The notes under the pieces were generated by a model. The model ran no database searches. It was not told where the DNA came from and saw only the letters and a program-made list of their open reading frames with translations. From Bacteroidales bacterium (GTDB lineage Bacteria > Bacteroidota > Bacteroidia > Bacteroidales > UBA10428), in assembly GCA_016929525.1 (NCBI GenBank), contig JAFGIP010000045.1:9152-73151 (forward strand): a stretch of DNA of 64,000 bases. The letters run 5' to 3'. Shown here one piece after another: positions 10,675-23,944 of this stretch. Position 1 is the first letter of the stretch. Every line of letters begins with the position of its first letter. The translations under genes and the position numbers were made by a program.

Positions 10675-11634
10675 TTAATCGCTGTAGTAAGACTTTAATC
10701 TCTTCTGAAATGCCTGTTTATTATATGTATTGATATTTTCAACTATTTTCTCAATCTCTTCTTTCCTTTGGTTCATGACATCATCATCGAGATTGGCTGT
10801 TGCCCTGAACACAATCGATTCAATGTTATAACCATCGACATCGAGTGTCATTGCCGCAGCTGCATCAAATTCATCGAAAATAAGAACAGAAGGCAATTTA
10901 CTTGCTGAATATGTTTTTACGGCATTTTTCACAGCATTACTGATATAATTGATTTGTGGTTCACCCAGATAATTTGCCCCCAGTATAATTTTTACAAGAT
11001 CGATTTTTGCCACCTCATTATACTCCCTGTTTCCCTTTAATTTCAGATATTCTTTATCTGAGGTATTTAAAAATAATTCTATATAGCTTGCCGGTAAATT
11101 CTTAATATCTCCAAGGGCATTTTCTTCCTGTCGAAGTTTATATTCTTTGATCGCTGTTTTCTGATTTACCGGAATATAATATTTCCATTTCTTTGTTCTT
11201 TTCCACGTTTCGGTAACAGGATCGGGTTTCCATTTGGTTTGCGGTCTTTTTAAAATGGGTTCCTGCAAATTCAGCAATTGTGTTTCCAGTGCGTATGCAA
11301 TACAGTTTGTGAAATGTATCCATCCGCCGCCAAGGTTTGCATGGAGAGCACTCCACAGTGTTTTAAACGATGTGGTATCCGTTTTCCCTTCATTTATCCG
11401 TTGGGAGTATTCTGCGCCCGGCGATACAGGATAAAATACAAATTCAGTAGAAAAGTCGGTATTCTGAACATCGGTAATATGAAATAATTCCCGAATATCA
11501 TAAGTATAGTTCGAGTCGTTAGACATTTTAAGGTATATCTCATAATCAAGTTCCCAGTTCATTTCTGCAACCTGGGAATACCCTGAATATACTACCTGAA
11601 CAAATACAAGCAATGTTAAAATTCTGTTCTTCAT
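10675..11634 (-). CDS. Hypothetical secreted protein
   Basis: The ORF is long for an AT-rich genome and has a signal peptide (MKNRILTLLVFVQVVYSGYSQ). No domain recognised. The longest ORF starts at 11655. Confidence 0.65.
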   Translation of the reverse strand: MKNRILTLLVFVQVVYSGYSQVAEMNWELDYEIYLKMSNDSNYTYDIRELFHITDVQNTDFSTEFVFYPVSPGAEYSQRINEGKTDTTSFKTLWSALHANLGGGWIHFTNCIAYALETQLLNLQEPILKRPQTKWKPDPVTETWKRTKKWKYYIPVNQKTAIKEYKLRQEENALGDIKNLPASYIELFLNTSDKEYLKLKGNREYNEVAKIDLVKIILGANYLGEPQINYISNAVKNAVKTYSASKLPSVLIFDEFDAAAAMTLDVDGYNIESIVFRATANLDDDVMNQRKEEIEKIVENINTYNKQAFQKRLKSYYSD

Positions 11635-11933
11635 AATCCGGACCTTTGCGTTCACCCTAAATTATAAAAAACAATGTTAGAAGAATTGTTAATTGAGTTA
11701 AAGTTATCAATAAGAAAAAGGCAGTATTATAAGTACCTTTTATGCCACAAAAACATTAAAACATTTAAATGCTGTAATCTGAACTTTCTTAAAATTAAAC
11801 TTTTGTGTTCCGGTAAACAACGGAATTTATGCTTTTGAGAATTCGCAGCTATAAGCTAATTAATAACTTTGCTGACAGCCTCTTTCAATACTGAATGAAT
11901 ACTTCATACTAACTGATAACTTCAAAAATGTTT

Positions 11934-13919
<1,986 letters not shown>

Positions 13920-14215
13920 TCATTTTTTATACATAAAGCCTAAACCCTTTGACTGTCAGATCAGAAAAAGGATGATCTGTTGGCTCAGTAAAAATTCCAG
14001 GTAGTTTTTTAGGTTTACTGTTATCTTTATTCCAGATGTGAAAAAATTAAAATGATATCTGTCAAATCACTTGATTATCAGTCTGTAAATGTTCACCAAA
14101 TATAGTAAAATTCAAGCTGATATCAGACATTAACAAGCAGAAAAAACCGGTAATTTTCAACAATATTTTAACACCCTAATGGGTTAGCATATAACTACTT
14201 ACAGGAATTTGATTT

Positions 14216-15886
14216 TTAAAATTTATAGGTTATACCCAGAATTATATTAATACGCTGGCCGGGATACCTGTTCCAAAGGTAATATTGCTGTGAAGCCAGG
14301 TTATAGAAATGTAAAAATCCGGTAAGAATATTTGAGTATTTATATTCTATTTTTAAGTTTAGATCAAATATCGGATCAAGTGTAAAATATTCACCATCTC
14401 CCGAAAGATCCTGTGCATATCTCTTACCTAATGTTAAAAGTTCAACACTGGCATAGATCTTCTCCCTGAAATTATATCGGGTTGTAAAATTCAGGTCGTA
14501 TGCAGGTTTATGCCAGGGTTTTTCAATACCTGCCATTTTATATGAGTATACATTTGATCGAATACCGAAATCGAGGTATTTTAACGGGGAATAATATAAA
14601 TCGAAGTAATACTTTATAAGATCAGCTTGGTCATATACTATGTTAAAGGTATTTTCCAGCTCTGATATGGTGTCATTAACGAAAAACGGTGCATTTTCCA
14701 TCGCATCAAATGTTACCCGGGCATGATAAGTTGTATTTCTGCTTAAATGCCCTTCAATGCCGCCATATACAACAAACCGGTGTAAAGTATTGCCAACCTG
14801 CACACCCGGGGTAATATACGGATTCACATCCGACATGCTCTGATAGCTGTTATTTTCCAAATATCCGGTTACACCGAACTTTGTAAACAATGCCTGGTTT
14901 ATTATACGGATTCTTAACGATGCCTCGGGAAAAATATAAATATTGTTCTCTTCATTATTTTCAACAAACAGTCTTCCTGCCAGCTTAATTTCCCATTCTT
15001 CTTTCTTCTTCTTTACATATGGATTTATTTCAAAAATCCCGTCTCCATAATCTTTTCCGTCAGCAGAGAATGAAGCATAATAAGCCGATGCATTTAATCC
15101 CAGCCTGAAACTCTTTATCAGATGGCTTACAGATAAATTAAAGTCAACGTTTGGTTCTTTGGTTGAAAAATGGTCTGCAAAATACTCTCCCTTAAGGTTC
15201 AGTGTATACTGAAATGCTCCTGAATCAGCCTCGGCAGAATAAACGCCGACCTGACCATACAGTTTAAAAAATGATTGTTTGATATCTTTAATTTCAAGAT
15301 CAGGAACAGTATCAAAATTATCTACATTATAACCATAATGTCTCAACCGCCTTGTGTTTAAGCCGATATCACCGGTTACATTTACATCCTTATAAAATCT
15401 TTTACCATATAGAAGAATGTCATTATTGCCATACCCTGCCGGCACTTTATGGCCATTTTCAAGTTTAATTTTGTTATATGAAGATCGGTGAAAAATATAC
15501 GCTCCTATGGAATATTCTTTTGATCGAAGATTATGAATGCTATACTCGGCCACCGGTGTATTATAATTACCAAAACCGGCTTTCAGATAGCTATTATACA
15601 GTTTATCCAGAGGTGTCCCTGCCATCTTTGCCGGTTTGATCGGGCGCAGCTCAAAAGATGATTTCAACCGCGAAGGCAATACAGTGTAATCTGCTTTTGG
15701 TTTATATGTACTTGTATCATCTATCACAGGTAATTTTCCTATTTTGCCGGCATCGCTAACCTCTGGTTTGAAAGATGATACTACATACACTTCCTTATTC
15801 AGGTCCTGAGCTGTTACATTTATAAAAAATGTAGCAGAAACAAGAATTAGCAAAAAGACTATTATATTTTGATTTTCACGAATCAT
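14216..15886 (-). CDS. Putative outer-membrane beta-barrel protein (porin-like), hypothetical
   Basis: Signal peptide, alternating aromatic/hydrophilic beta-strand-like pattern rich in Y/F/N/G, and a C-terminal ...GITYKF ending in Phe. It starts 1 nt after the stop of the upstream TPR gene, which suggests an operon. Confidence 0.65.
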   Translation of the reverse strand: MIRENQNIIVFLLILVSATFFINVTAQDLNKEVYVVSSFKPEVSDAGKIGKLPVIDDTSTYKPKADYTVLPSRLKSSFELRPIKPAKMAGTPLDKLYNSYLKAGFGNYNTPVAEYSIHNLRSKEYSIGAYIFHRSSYNKIKLENGHKVPAGYGNNDILLYGKRFYKDVNVTGDIGLNTRRLRHYGYNVDNFDTVPDLEIKDIKQSFFKLYGQVGVYSAEADSGAFQYTLNLKGEYFADHFSTKEPNVDFNLSVSHLIKSFRLGLNASAYYASFSADGKDYGDGIFEINPYVKKKKEEWEIKLAGRLFVENNEENNIYIFPEASLRIRIINQALFTKFGVTGYLENNSYQSMSDVNPYITPGVQVGNTLHRFVVYGGIEGHLSRNTTYHARVTFDAMENAPFFVNDTISELENTFNIVYDQADLIKYYFDLYYSPLKYLDFGIRSNVYSYKMAGIEKPWHKPAYDLNFTTRYNFREKIYASVELLTLGKRYAQDLSGDGEYFTLDPIFDLNLKIEYKYSNILTGFLHFYNLASQQYYLWNRYPGQRINIILGITYKF

Positions 15887-15887
15887 T

Positions 15888-18800
15888 TCAATCGATATTA
15901 ATTTCCAGCTCCGGATTCTCTGCAGGTTTTTCTTTTCTTTCCTGTATTTCAGTTATGGCTGCCTTTTTTACTTTGGCCATTTCCAGGATACCATCTGTAC
16001 TATTCTCATAGTAGTCGATCAGACTTTGCAGGGTTTGAGTTGCCTGAAAGTACTCTCCGCGCTCAGCAAAGATATCGGCCCAGAGTATGAAGCTTCTCGC
16101 AATCCAATATTCATGTGGCGATGATCTCTCACTAAATTCAATAATTTGCTTTTCAGCATTTGAATAGTCGCCTCTGTTAAAATATAATTCAGCAATGCGA
16201 AATTTACTTTCAGCACCTTCTGTGCTAACTACCTCGCCGGCTATTAATTTATACTCATCAATTGCCAGGGCATCTCTTCCTTCTTCCTGTAACGACCTTG
16301 CGGCAATATAACGGGCCTTTCTCTCAGTAAATTCATCTAATTTGTCAAGAGTTAAAACTTCTTTTGCCGAAGAAAGTGCATCTGAATATTTCTTCTCCTG
16401 AAACTGTGATTCCATCATTGCTATTAAGGCTTCTTTTTTTATCTCGATCCCGGGATTGTTTTGCAGGATCTCCCTGTAATAGCCTGATGCCTTGTTATAA
16501 TTCTTTTTCTGAGATTCTATTCTGGCACAACCAAGCAATGCCTGCATTCGATACACACTTCCCGGCTGATCAATTACATATTTAAAAGAGCTTAAGGCTT
16601 CTTCAAAATCACCATTCTGATAATCACAGTCGGCCTTAAAGAAATGCGCGTTCAATAAAAAACTTCCATTAGGATAATTTGTGATATATTTTTTAAATGC
16701 TTTAGCAGATGCCTCACAATTACCAGCCATATACTGTTTTTCAGCGGAAATATAACTCAGAGAATCCTGTTCATCTGCACTAACAAAAATCGAAGAACCC
16801 TCAAGACTATTTACAAATGCAAAATAATCGTCAACCCTGTCAAGGTCGACATATATATTTTTCAGTCCAAATAGTGCATCTTTAGATGCCTGTGTACCCT
16901 GAAAGCGTTTTACTGCTTCTTTATAATATTTAATTGCTTCGGTGTTGTTATCCCTGTTATAGTAAAGCAGGCCCAGCTGAACATACGAATTTGGAGCATA
17001 CGGACTTTCAGGATTTTCAGCTATTAGCCTTTTAAGCTGTGCAACCGCTTTATCGATCTGTTGCAATTTGATATAACTCTGTGCCATCTCGTATATGCCG
17101 TCATCGGCAAACTTCGAATTCGGATACTGTGCAACCAGTTGTGAAAGCGTATTTACTTTTTCTGAATCTTTATTGATCAGGCCGAGGCAAATACCTTTTT
17201 GCAACAGTGCATAATCCGTATTTGGTCCTCCTTTTTCTATCGCCCTTGAATAAAAATCAACTGACGGATAATATTCTGCCTGTACAAAATAGCAGTCACC
17301 AATGCGAATTAAAGCATCACCTGTATAATTTTTCAGTTCCTGATCAGCATTTGTTACAAATTTTCTGAAGTTTTCAATGGCACTTGCATAGTTCTTTTGT
17401 TTAAACCGGCAATATCCGATATTATAATCCGCAATTTCGAATTCCTCAAGAGTGTATGATGCCGTTGTATTTTTAAATGCATTGTATTCAGTAACTGCTT
17501 CATTGAAATTATTTATCCGGAACTGTGACTCAGCTTTCCAGTAATGTGCCTTAGCTTTTAACAAGTTATCATTATTTCCAAACTTCAGTGATTTGTCGAA
17601 ATGAATTGAAGCCTCTTTATAAGCACGGTTATTGAATAATTCAACACCTCTGTAATAGGCTATCTTTTGGTATGCTGTTTTTAATTCAGGTGTGTTCAGC
17701 GCTGACTTATCCAGTGATTCCAGTGCTTTTCTGTAGTTATGAGCACTCAGATAAGCCTGAATAAGATAATGGTATGCTTCATTAATTCGTTTCGATTCGG
17801 GATATTGTTTGATAAATTCTTCGAATGCCCAAATTGCCTCATTAAACGGATCACTTCCCAGTTCATAGGTAATCAGGGCATAATTAAAGAGTGCATCTTG
17901 TTTTATAACCGGGTCATAATCCATCCCTGATGCAGACTGAAATGCCAGTCTTGCTTTTTGTTTCTCATTGCTTTTCAGGTAGCAGTCGGCAAGATAATAG
18001 GAAGCATTCTGTCCAAGCTGACTTTGCGCACCTGAAACCGAGCTAAACAGATCAACAGCCCTGTCATATTGTTCTGCTTTGTAAAATGAATATCCTGCCT
18101 GGTATTTATCTTCTTTTGTTACGGTTTTTGCACTGTCAAGGAACGTCTGGTAAAAAGGGAGTGATTCTTCATATAATCCCAGTTCCGAATGCGCTTCCGC
18201 TGTAATGTGCGATACTTCTGCAAGTCTTTTGCTTGTCACTTTTTCTATAACTCCCGGAGCAAAATCAATAAGTTCTTTATATCTGCCTTGCTTATAATAG
18301 ATCTGAACAATATAATATGGTGCTATAGGACCAAAGGTCTTATCTTTTAATAATCTCAGGTAACCATTTAATGCTGTTTGATAATTCTCCTCTTCATAAT
18401 GAATATGGGAATAATAATACAAAGCCGGTGGAGTATATTTGGTATCGATATCCTTTATTTTATAAAATGCAAGCCTGGCATCGCTGTAATCCTCTGTCAT
18501 AAAATATGCATAACCAAGCTTAAAGTGATGCTCTGCCATTTGTTCACGATCCAGCCTGTCCGGATTTGTATGCTCATAATATTTAATTGCATCTTTCCAT
18601 TTATTTAGAGAGTAAAAATAACCGGCAAGATTGAAATATGCATCATTTACAAGAGGACTTTCAGGGTTTTCTCCAATAAAACGAAATGTAAGGAACTCTG
18701 TGTCTTCATTAAAGAGTTTTACAGCACAATACGCAATATAATAATTGGCCTGTTCAGCAATATAGCTAAGGTTATTCTTGTTTCTTTCATAAGCTGATTC

Positions 18801-18956
18801 AAATAACTTTTGAGCAGTGCTGTATTTTTCTTTTTCAAGTAATTCTATACCACGCTCAAAATCGCGGTCGACTTTAATATGTGAAAGTGTTTGCTGTGCT
18901 TTAATACAGTTTACCAGGGAGTAAGTTATTAAAAATATCAGGCAGATTTTGCGCAT
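15888..18956 (-). CDS. Large tetratricopeptide-repeat (TPR) protein, secreted or periplasmic
   Basis: More than 15 TPR-like units (A..Y..A..Y...G.Y..A) run along the whole protein. The likely start is ATG at 18956 (MRKICLIFLITYSLVNCIKAQ signal peptide); the longest ORF reaches 19040. Confidence 0.85.
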   Translation of the reverse strand: MRKICLIFLITYSLVNCIKAQQTLSHIKVDRDFERGIELLEKEKYSTAQKLFESAYERNKNNLSYIAEQANYYIAYCAVKLFNEDTEFLTFRFIGENPESPLVNDAYFNLAGYFYSLNKWKDAIKYYEHTNPDRLDREQMAEHHFKLGYAYFMTEDYSDARLAFYKIKDIDTKYTPPALYYYSHIHYEEENYQTALNGYLRLLKDKTFGPIAPYYIVQIYYKQGRYKELIDFAPGVIEKVTSKRLAEVSHITAEAHSELGLYEESLPFYQTFLDSAKTVTKEDKYQAGYSFYKAEQYDRAVDLFSSVSGAQSQLGQNASYYLADCYLKSNEKQKARLAFQSASGMDYDPVIKQDALFNYALITYELGSDPFNEAIWAFEEFIKQYPESKRINEAYHYLIQAYLSAHNYRKALESLDKSALNTPELKTAYQKIAYYRGVELFNNRAYKEASIHFDKSLKFGNNDNLLKAKAHYWKAESQFRINNFNEAVTEYNAFKNTTASYTLEEFEIADYNIGYCRFKQKNYASAIENFRKFVTNADQELKNYTGDALIRIGDCYFVQAEYYPSVDFYSRAIEKGGPNTDYALLQKGICLGLINKDSEKVNTLSQLVAQYPNSKFADDGIYEMAQSYIKLQQIDKAVAQLKRLIAENPESPYAPNSYVQLGLLYYNRDNNTEAIKYYKEAVKRFQGTQASKDALFGLKNIYVDLDRVDDYFAFVNSLEGSSIFVSADEQDSLSYISAEKQYMAGNCEASAKAFKKYITNYPNGSFLLNAHFFKADCDYQNGDFEEALSSFKYVIDQPGSVYRMQALLGCARIESQKKNYNKASGYYREILQNNPGIEIKKEALIAMMESQFQEKKYSDALSSAKEVLTLDKLDEFTERKARYIAARSLQEEGRDALAIDEYKLIAGEVVSTEGAESKFRIAELYFNRGDYSNAEKQIIEFSERSSPHEYWIARSFILWADIFAERGEYFQATQTLQSLIDYYENSTDGILEMAKVKKAAITEIQERKEKPAENPELEINID

Positions 18957-19115
18957 TGTACTATTCCAAATTATAACAGTCCATAAATTTACAGAATACC
19001 TCAAACTAAGTACCGAAGCATTTCCCTTTTTAATTAACATAAAACTGTTAATTCTTGAAAATATTTTAATTTAGGCCACTTATTTAGTAACTGTTTTTCT
19101 ATTAGAAAAAATCGA

Positions 19116-19823
19116 ATGAAAAATAACCCGGTTATAACTTTTACCGATGCTTCAATATTCCAGGATGATTACCTGGTGCTGTCTGATGTTAATTTCGAAA
19201 TTCAAAAAGATGAATTTGTTTATTTGATTGGAAAAGTAGGCACTGGTAAATCGAGTATTATTAAGACTATAAATGCAGAATTACCGTTAAAAAAAGGTAT
19301 GGCCGCTGTTTGTGGTTTTAATGTTGAAAATATTAAAAAGAAACAAATTCCGTTTCTTAGAAGAAAACTGGGTATAGTTTTCCAGGATTTTCAGTTACTG
19401 ATCGACCGTAGTATTCATGACAACCTTGCTTTTATTTTGGGTGCTACCGGTTGGAATAACAAAAAAGAAATAAACGATCGTATTGAAGAAGTATTAACAA
19501 AGGTGGGATTAGAATTTAAAGGATATAAAATGCCTCATCAGCTTTCAGGAGGAGAACAGCAACGTGTTGTCATTGCACGCGCACTGCTGAATGAACCGGA
19601 AGTTATTCTTGCCGATGAGCCGACTGGAAATCTTGATCCTGATACTTCTGATGATATTATGAAGATACTTACAGATATCTGCAACAACGGAAGAGCTGTT
19701 GTAATGGCTACCCATAATTATAACATTATTAAGAAATTTCCGGCACGGACACTTAAATGCGAAAACGGAATATTACGCGAAGTCAGGCAGGGTGAAGAAA
19801 TTGAATTTAATTCACTGATGTAA
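19116..19823 (+). CDS. ftsE: FtsE-like ABC transporter ATP-binding protein
   Basis: Walker A (GKVGTGKSS), ABC signature (LSGGEQQRV) and Walker B ([11 protein letters not shown]), with a ~230-aa FtsE-like size. Confidence 0.8.
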   Translation: MKNNPVITFTDASIFQDDYLVLSDVNFEIQKDEFVYLIGKVGTGKSSIIKTINAELPLKKGMAAVCGFNVENIKKKQIPFLRRKLGIVFQDFQLLIDRSIHDNLAFILGATGWNNKKEINDRIEEVLTKVGLEFKGYKMPHQLSGGEQQRVVIARALLNEPEVILADEPTGNLDPDTSDDIMKILTDICNNGRAVVMATHNYNIIKKFPARTLKCENGILREVRQGEEIEFNSLM

Positions 19824-19825
19824 AT

Positions 19826-21130
19826 ATGTTCAGGAATTTTCGGCCACGTATTTTAAACTGGAAACAATCGGATTTCAGAAAAAACGTCGCGACTTTGCTT
19901 ACCGGAAATAGTATCTCGCAAATTCTGCCGTTATTGGTCTATCCTGTATTAACCAGACTTTATTCTACGGAAGACTTTGGTGTACTGGCTCTTTTTATGA
20001 GCACCTCCGGAATTTTATCTATACTGGCTACAGGAAGATATGAGTATGCCATTTTACTGCCTCCGAAAGAAAATAAAAGCTTTAACCTGATTGCATTGTG
20101 TACATTTATATGCTTAATAACAAGTCTTATTGTTTTTACAATATCCACTATATGGAACAGACCAATATCTATACTACTTGGTTCTGAAAATATTAAAGAT
20201 TTTCTCCCGTTCGTTGGTCTGATGGTTCTTTTCACCGGTTTCAGCCAGATATTGAATTTAACAGGAACACGTTATAAAGAGTTTAAAAACGTTGCGGGTT
20301 ATCTCGTTATCAACAGTACTGCAAATACAGTATTGAGACTGTTACTCGGAATAGCTGCAGTTGCAGGAGGACTTATTGCAGCAGTTGTCACATCGCAAAT
20401 AATCAGTACGATATATTTCGGCATCAAGATATTAAAAAACAAATTCAGAAATATATTAAAACAGATAAGAATCTCCGAAATAAAAAACGTGTCCCGGGAA
20501 TTCAATTTATTCCCAAGATTTAATCTGCTGCATGCATTTACCAATTTCCTGTCAGGAAATCTTCCAATATTTGCTTTCAGTCGTTTTTTCGGGGACGATA
20601 TCACCGGTTTATATTCTGTTGGATTTACTTTGCTGTTTCGTCCCGTGAACTTATTTACCAACTCCATTTCACAGGTAATGTCACAAAAAATAGTTGAACG
20701 AAACAGAAATGAATTACCCCTTACCGGCATTTTCCTAAAAACGATCGGAAGAATTGTAGCATATTCAGCAATCCCTTTTATTTTTATCTTTCTAATCGCA
20801 CCTTTTGCATTTAAAATTATTCTTGGCAGTGAATGGTATACAGCGGGTGTTTATGTAAGAATTATCCTGCCCTGGATATTTTTCGTTTTACTTTGCGCAC
20901 CTTTTGCATTTGTCCCAATGGCTTTTAAAAGGCAGAAAAAAGCCTTGATCATTGATATTGTTTATTTGTTTTTAAGATTAATTTCACTTGCAACCGGGAT
21001 ACTTTATAATAATATATACCTTGCAATAATCCTGTTTTCAGCTTCAGGGGTTATTATGCTGGGGGCAACGCTGCTATGGTATCATAGGATCTTATTAAAT
21101 GCTGACAGGAATAAAACGATAATTCAATGA
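19826..21130 (+). CDS. Polysaccharide/oligosaccharide flippase (Wzx-like, MOP superfamily)
   Basis: The 434-aa protein has about 12 predicted TM helices and sits immediately upstream of a glycosyltransferase gene that it overlaps. Confidence 0.75.
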   Translation: MFRNFRPRILNWKQSDFRKNVATLLTGNSISQILPLLVYPVLTRLYSTEDFGVLALFMSTSGILSILATGRYEYAILLPPKENKSFNLIALCTFICLITSLIVFTISTIWNRPISILLGSENIKDFLPFVGLMVLFTGFSQILNLTGTRYKEFKNVAGYLVINSTANTVLRLLLGIAAVAGGLIAAVVTSQIISTIYFGIKILKNKFRNILKQIRISEIKNVSREFNLFPRFNLLHAFTNFLSGNLPIFAFSRFFGDDITGLYSVGFTLLFRPVNLFTNSISQVMSQKIVERNRNELPLTGIFLKTIGRIVAYSAIPFIFIFLIAPFAFKIILGSEWYTAGVYVRIILPWIFFVLLCAPFAFVPMAFKRQKKALIIDIVYLFLRLISLATGILYNNIYLAIILFSASGVIMLGATLLWYHRILLNADRNKTIIQ

Positions 21131-22287
21131 AAATACTCGTAATTCCTTCGTGGTACCCTCCCAATGGCGGAAGTTTCTTTAAAGATCAGTGCGAAGCACT
21201 TACTGAAGCCGGTGTTGAGGTGCATGTTCTGGTAACACAGGAGACAAGTCTGAAAAAGATCACGGATTCAAAATCTAAACCGCGTTTCAGAGTATCATAT
21301 AATAAGGAAGGTCCTCTGCTGGTTGTAAGAAAAAAACTATGGAGAATACCTAAAAATGAGAAACAGAATGTAAGGCGGTGGATTCGAATGACCATACGAA
21401 CGTTTGATGATTATTTCAAAAAATATGGTGCCCCTGATTTAATTCATGCACATAGTGTTGTATGGGGAGGTTTTGCAGCAACTTTAATAAAGAAGAAGTA
21501 TAATATACCTGTAGTAGTTACCGAGCACAGAGGAAGATTTAATGCTAACAGTAAAACACATCAGAAGGAAATAAAGACCTGGCACAAACCGTTAATTAAA
21601 AATGCCCTTGAAAACATTGATCTGGTTATTCCGGTCTCAAAATTATTAATTCCAACAATGTCATCATTCACTGATAAAGAAGTTAAGTTCAGGGTGATAC
21701 CAAACATGGCAAATTCTATATACTTTGAGGGATCAGCGAAAAAAGAGCAAAAAGAAAAAACTGTTCTTTTCACACTGACAAATTTTCTGGAGTATAAAGG
21801 AATCGGCATCATGTTAAAAGCCTTTAAAAAAGCACTGGATCAGTCTCCCGATATAATTTTGTTCATTGCGGGTGAAGGTCAGGATGAAAATAAATATAAG
21901 AGAATGGCTGATGAACTGGGAATTGAAAAACACGTCAGCTTCCTTGGGTACCTGTCAAAAGAAAAAGTAAAAGATGAATTATTGAAAGCAGATTATATGA
22001 TTTTATCGAGCTTAAATGAAGCACAACCCGTTTCTATTATTGAGGCCTTTGCGGCAGGGACCCCTGTGATTGTTACCGATGTAATATCGGATGATGTTGT
22101 TACACCGGAAACAGGAATAATTGTTCAAAGTGACAGTATAGAATCTTTTACAGAGGGTATTCTTCAGGGTATTAAATTTAAGGATCGGTTTAAAGAACCG
22201 GCCCTTAAAGAACATGCACGTCGCTTTGAAGATAAACAGATCATCAGTCAGATTACAGATTGTTATCATACAATATTTGCTCAGTGA
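21127..22287 (+). CDS. Glycosyltransferase family 4 (GT-B fold)
   Basis: C-terminal GT1/GT4 motif region (GEGQDENKY...SSLNEAQPVSIIEAFAAGTPVIVTDV). ATGA overlap with the flippase gene. Confidence 0.85.
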   Translation: MKILVIPSWYPPNGGSFFKDQCEALTEAGVEVHVLVTQETSLKKITDSKSKPRFRVSYNKEGPLLVVRKKLWRIPKNEKQNVRRWIRMTIRTFDDYFKKYGAPDLIHAHSVVWGGFAATLIKKKYNIPVVVTEHRGRFNANSKTHQKEIKTWHKPLIKNALENIDLVIPVSKLLIPTMSSFTDKEVKFRVIPNMANSIYFEGSAKKEQKEKTVLFTLTNFLEYKGIGIMLKAFKKALDQSPDIILFIAGEGQDENKYKRMADELGIEKHVSFLGYLSKEKVKDELLKADYMILSSLNEAQPVSIIEAFAAGTPVIVTDVISDDVVTPETGIIVQSDSIESFTEGILQGIKFKDRFKEPALKEHARRFEDKQIISQITDCYHTIFAQ

Positions 22288-23855
22288 TAAATCTAATACA
22301 CAACAACGGATTCAAATGGTACCATGATAATTATCTCTGGGTTAAGGGGTATGCTTATGCAGGAAATGTATTTAAATCAGGAAGTATTCTGCTGAAATAT
22401 CTTAATGAATTTTTAAAAACACACAAACCTGATGATCTTAAAAACGTTAATGGTATTTTTAGTCTGATATATCAGCATAAATCCGTTTTGTATATATACT
22501 CTGATAAATCAAGATTTTTCCCTGTTTTTTACAGATTAACTGATCAAGGATATTTTATTTCTGACGATCCTGAACAATTAACCAATGATAAGGTACAACC
22601 TGATAAAAGTGCATATATCGAATTTAAGGCTGCAGGAATAGTAACCGGGAACAGAACTCTTTACAGGAATATCTTCCAGGTTCAGGCAGGAGAATTGTTA
22701 CAACTTAAAGAGAACGGTATTGAGTCAAAAATCTTATTTAGTTATAAAACAACACGAAAAGAGATTCAGACTTATGATGACTCGGAGTTAGAAATGTACA
22801 GGTATTTAAATAATGCGTTCGAAAAATCAGGGAATTCACTTACCGGAAAAACACCGGTATTGCCATTAAGCGGAGGTTTTGATTCACGCCTGATTGCATG
22901 CAAATTAAAAGAACTGGGATTTGACAATACTATCTGCTTTACTTACGGGCGTCAAAATAAAGAAGTAAAGGTATCGGAAACTGTTGCGAAAAAACTGGGA
23001 TTTAAATGGCATTTCATTGATTATGAAAAAGAATTTAACAACAGAAACTTATTAGAGGAGACTCAGTTTTTAAATTATTTTCCATTAGCAAGCCGCGCCG
23101 TATCAATGTTCTACCTGCAGGAATATCTGGCAGTTGAGAAGTTAAAAAAGAATGGCATGATACCGGAAAATTCAGTTTTCCTTCCCGGTCATTCCGGTGA
23201 TCTGTTGGGAGGCAGTCAGTTCGTTAAGGTGTTCTCATCAAAAATAAAACCTGATAACGTCGCAGCCGGAATACTGAAAACCAAGTTTTTCTTATATCCG
23301 TTGAAAAAACAAGAAAAAATTGAAATTAAGGAATCGGTAAAAACCCAAATCACAGAATTTGACGATTACCTTGGCTATAGCATTCTGGAAGATTGGGATA
23401 TTAAAGAAAAAATTGCAAAGTTCATTATTAACTCATCACAGGTATTTGTTTTTTTCGGGTATGAGGTAAGATTTCCGTTCTGGGATAATGAGCTGGTTGA
23501 ATTTTTCAGAACGCTTTCTCCATTATATAAAAGCGGCATGAAACTATACAATAATTGTCTAAGGAGCCGTTATTTCAACAGGTATCAATTAAATTTTGAG
23601 AAAGAATTGCATCCATCCAACAGACAGTTAAAACTCCAAAGTCTGAAAAACCTGATCAAGTCATTTCTCCCGGGCGGATATAAAAAGAAATTAATATTCA
23701 GATCCGACTGGCCTTATTATTCAAAAATGACAGAAACAATGTTCAAAGAACTGAACAACGATCTTAAACGGGTTCTTCCTTATGAAAACTATAACAGTAT
23801 TATTATTAACTGGTATCTAAAAGAAATGTTCCCGGAATATTTACAAGATTTTTAA
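22284..23855 (+). CDS. Asparagine synthase (glutamine-hydrolysing)-like amidotransferase
   Basis: PP-loop SGGFDSR (LPLSGGFDSRLIA) and an N-terminal GATase-like segment (NGIFSLIYQH...YSDKSRFFPVFY). The GTG at 22284 overlaps the upstream TGA (GTGA), which suggests coupling. The listed ORF starts at a TTG at 22260. Confidence 0.75.
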   Translation: MINLIHNNGFKWYHDNYLWVKGYAYAGNVFKSGSILLKYLNEFLKTHKPDDLKNVNGIFSLIYQHKSVLYIYSDKSRFFPVFYRLTDQGYFISDDPEQLTNDKVQPDKSAYIEFKAAGIVTGNRTLYRNIFQVQAGELLQLKENGIESKILFSYKTTRKEIQTYDDSELEMYRYLNNAFEKSGNSLTGKTPVLPLSGGFDSRLIACKLKELGFDNTICFTYGRQNKEVKVSETVAKKLGFKWHFIDYEKEFNNRNLLEETQFLNYFPLASRAVSMFYLQEYLAVEKLKKNGMIPENSVFLPGHSGDLLGGSQFVKVFSSKIKPDNVAAGILKTKFFLYPLKKQEKIEIKESVKTQITEFDDYLGYSILEDWDIKEKIAKFIINSSQVFVFFGYEVRFPFWDNELVEFFRTLSPLYKSGMKLYNNCLRSRYFNRYQLNFEKELHPSNRQLKLQSLKNLIKSFLPGGYKKKLIFRSDWPYYSKMTETMFKELNNDLKRVLPYENYNSIIINWYLKEMFPEYLQDF

Positions 23856-23944
23856 TGTAATAACCTGATCTAATTAGATAAATTTGTGTAGTTAACACGC
23901 AACCAATTACCATGAAAAACATCTTCCCCATAAATAAAACAACC

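Noticed and set aside
10675-11655. GldN/PorN-like gliding-motility or T9SS component (size, signal peptide, Bacteroidota context)
   Set aside because: There are no flanking gldK/L/M genes and I could not recognise any GldN signature motifs. It is left as hypothetical.
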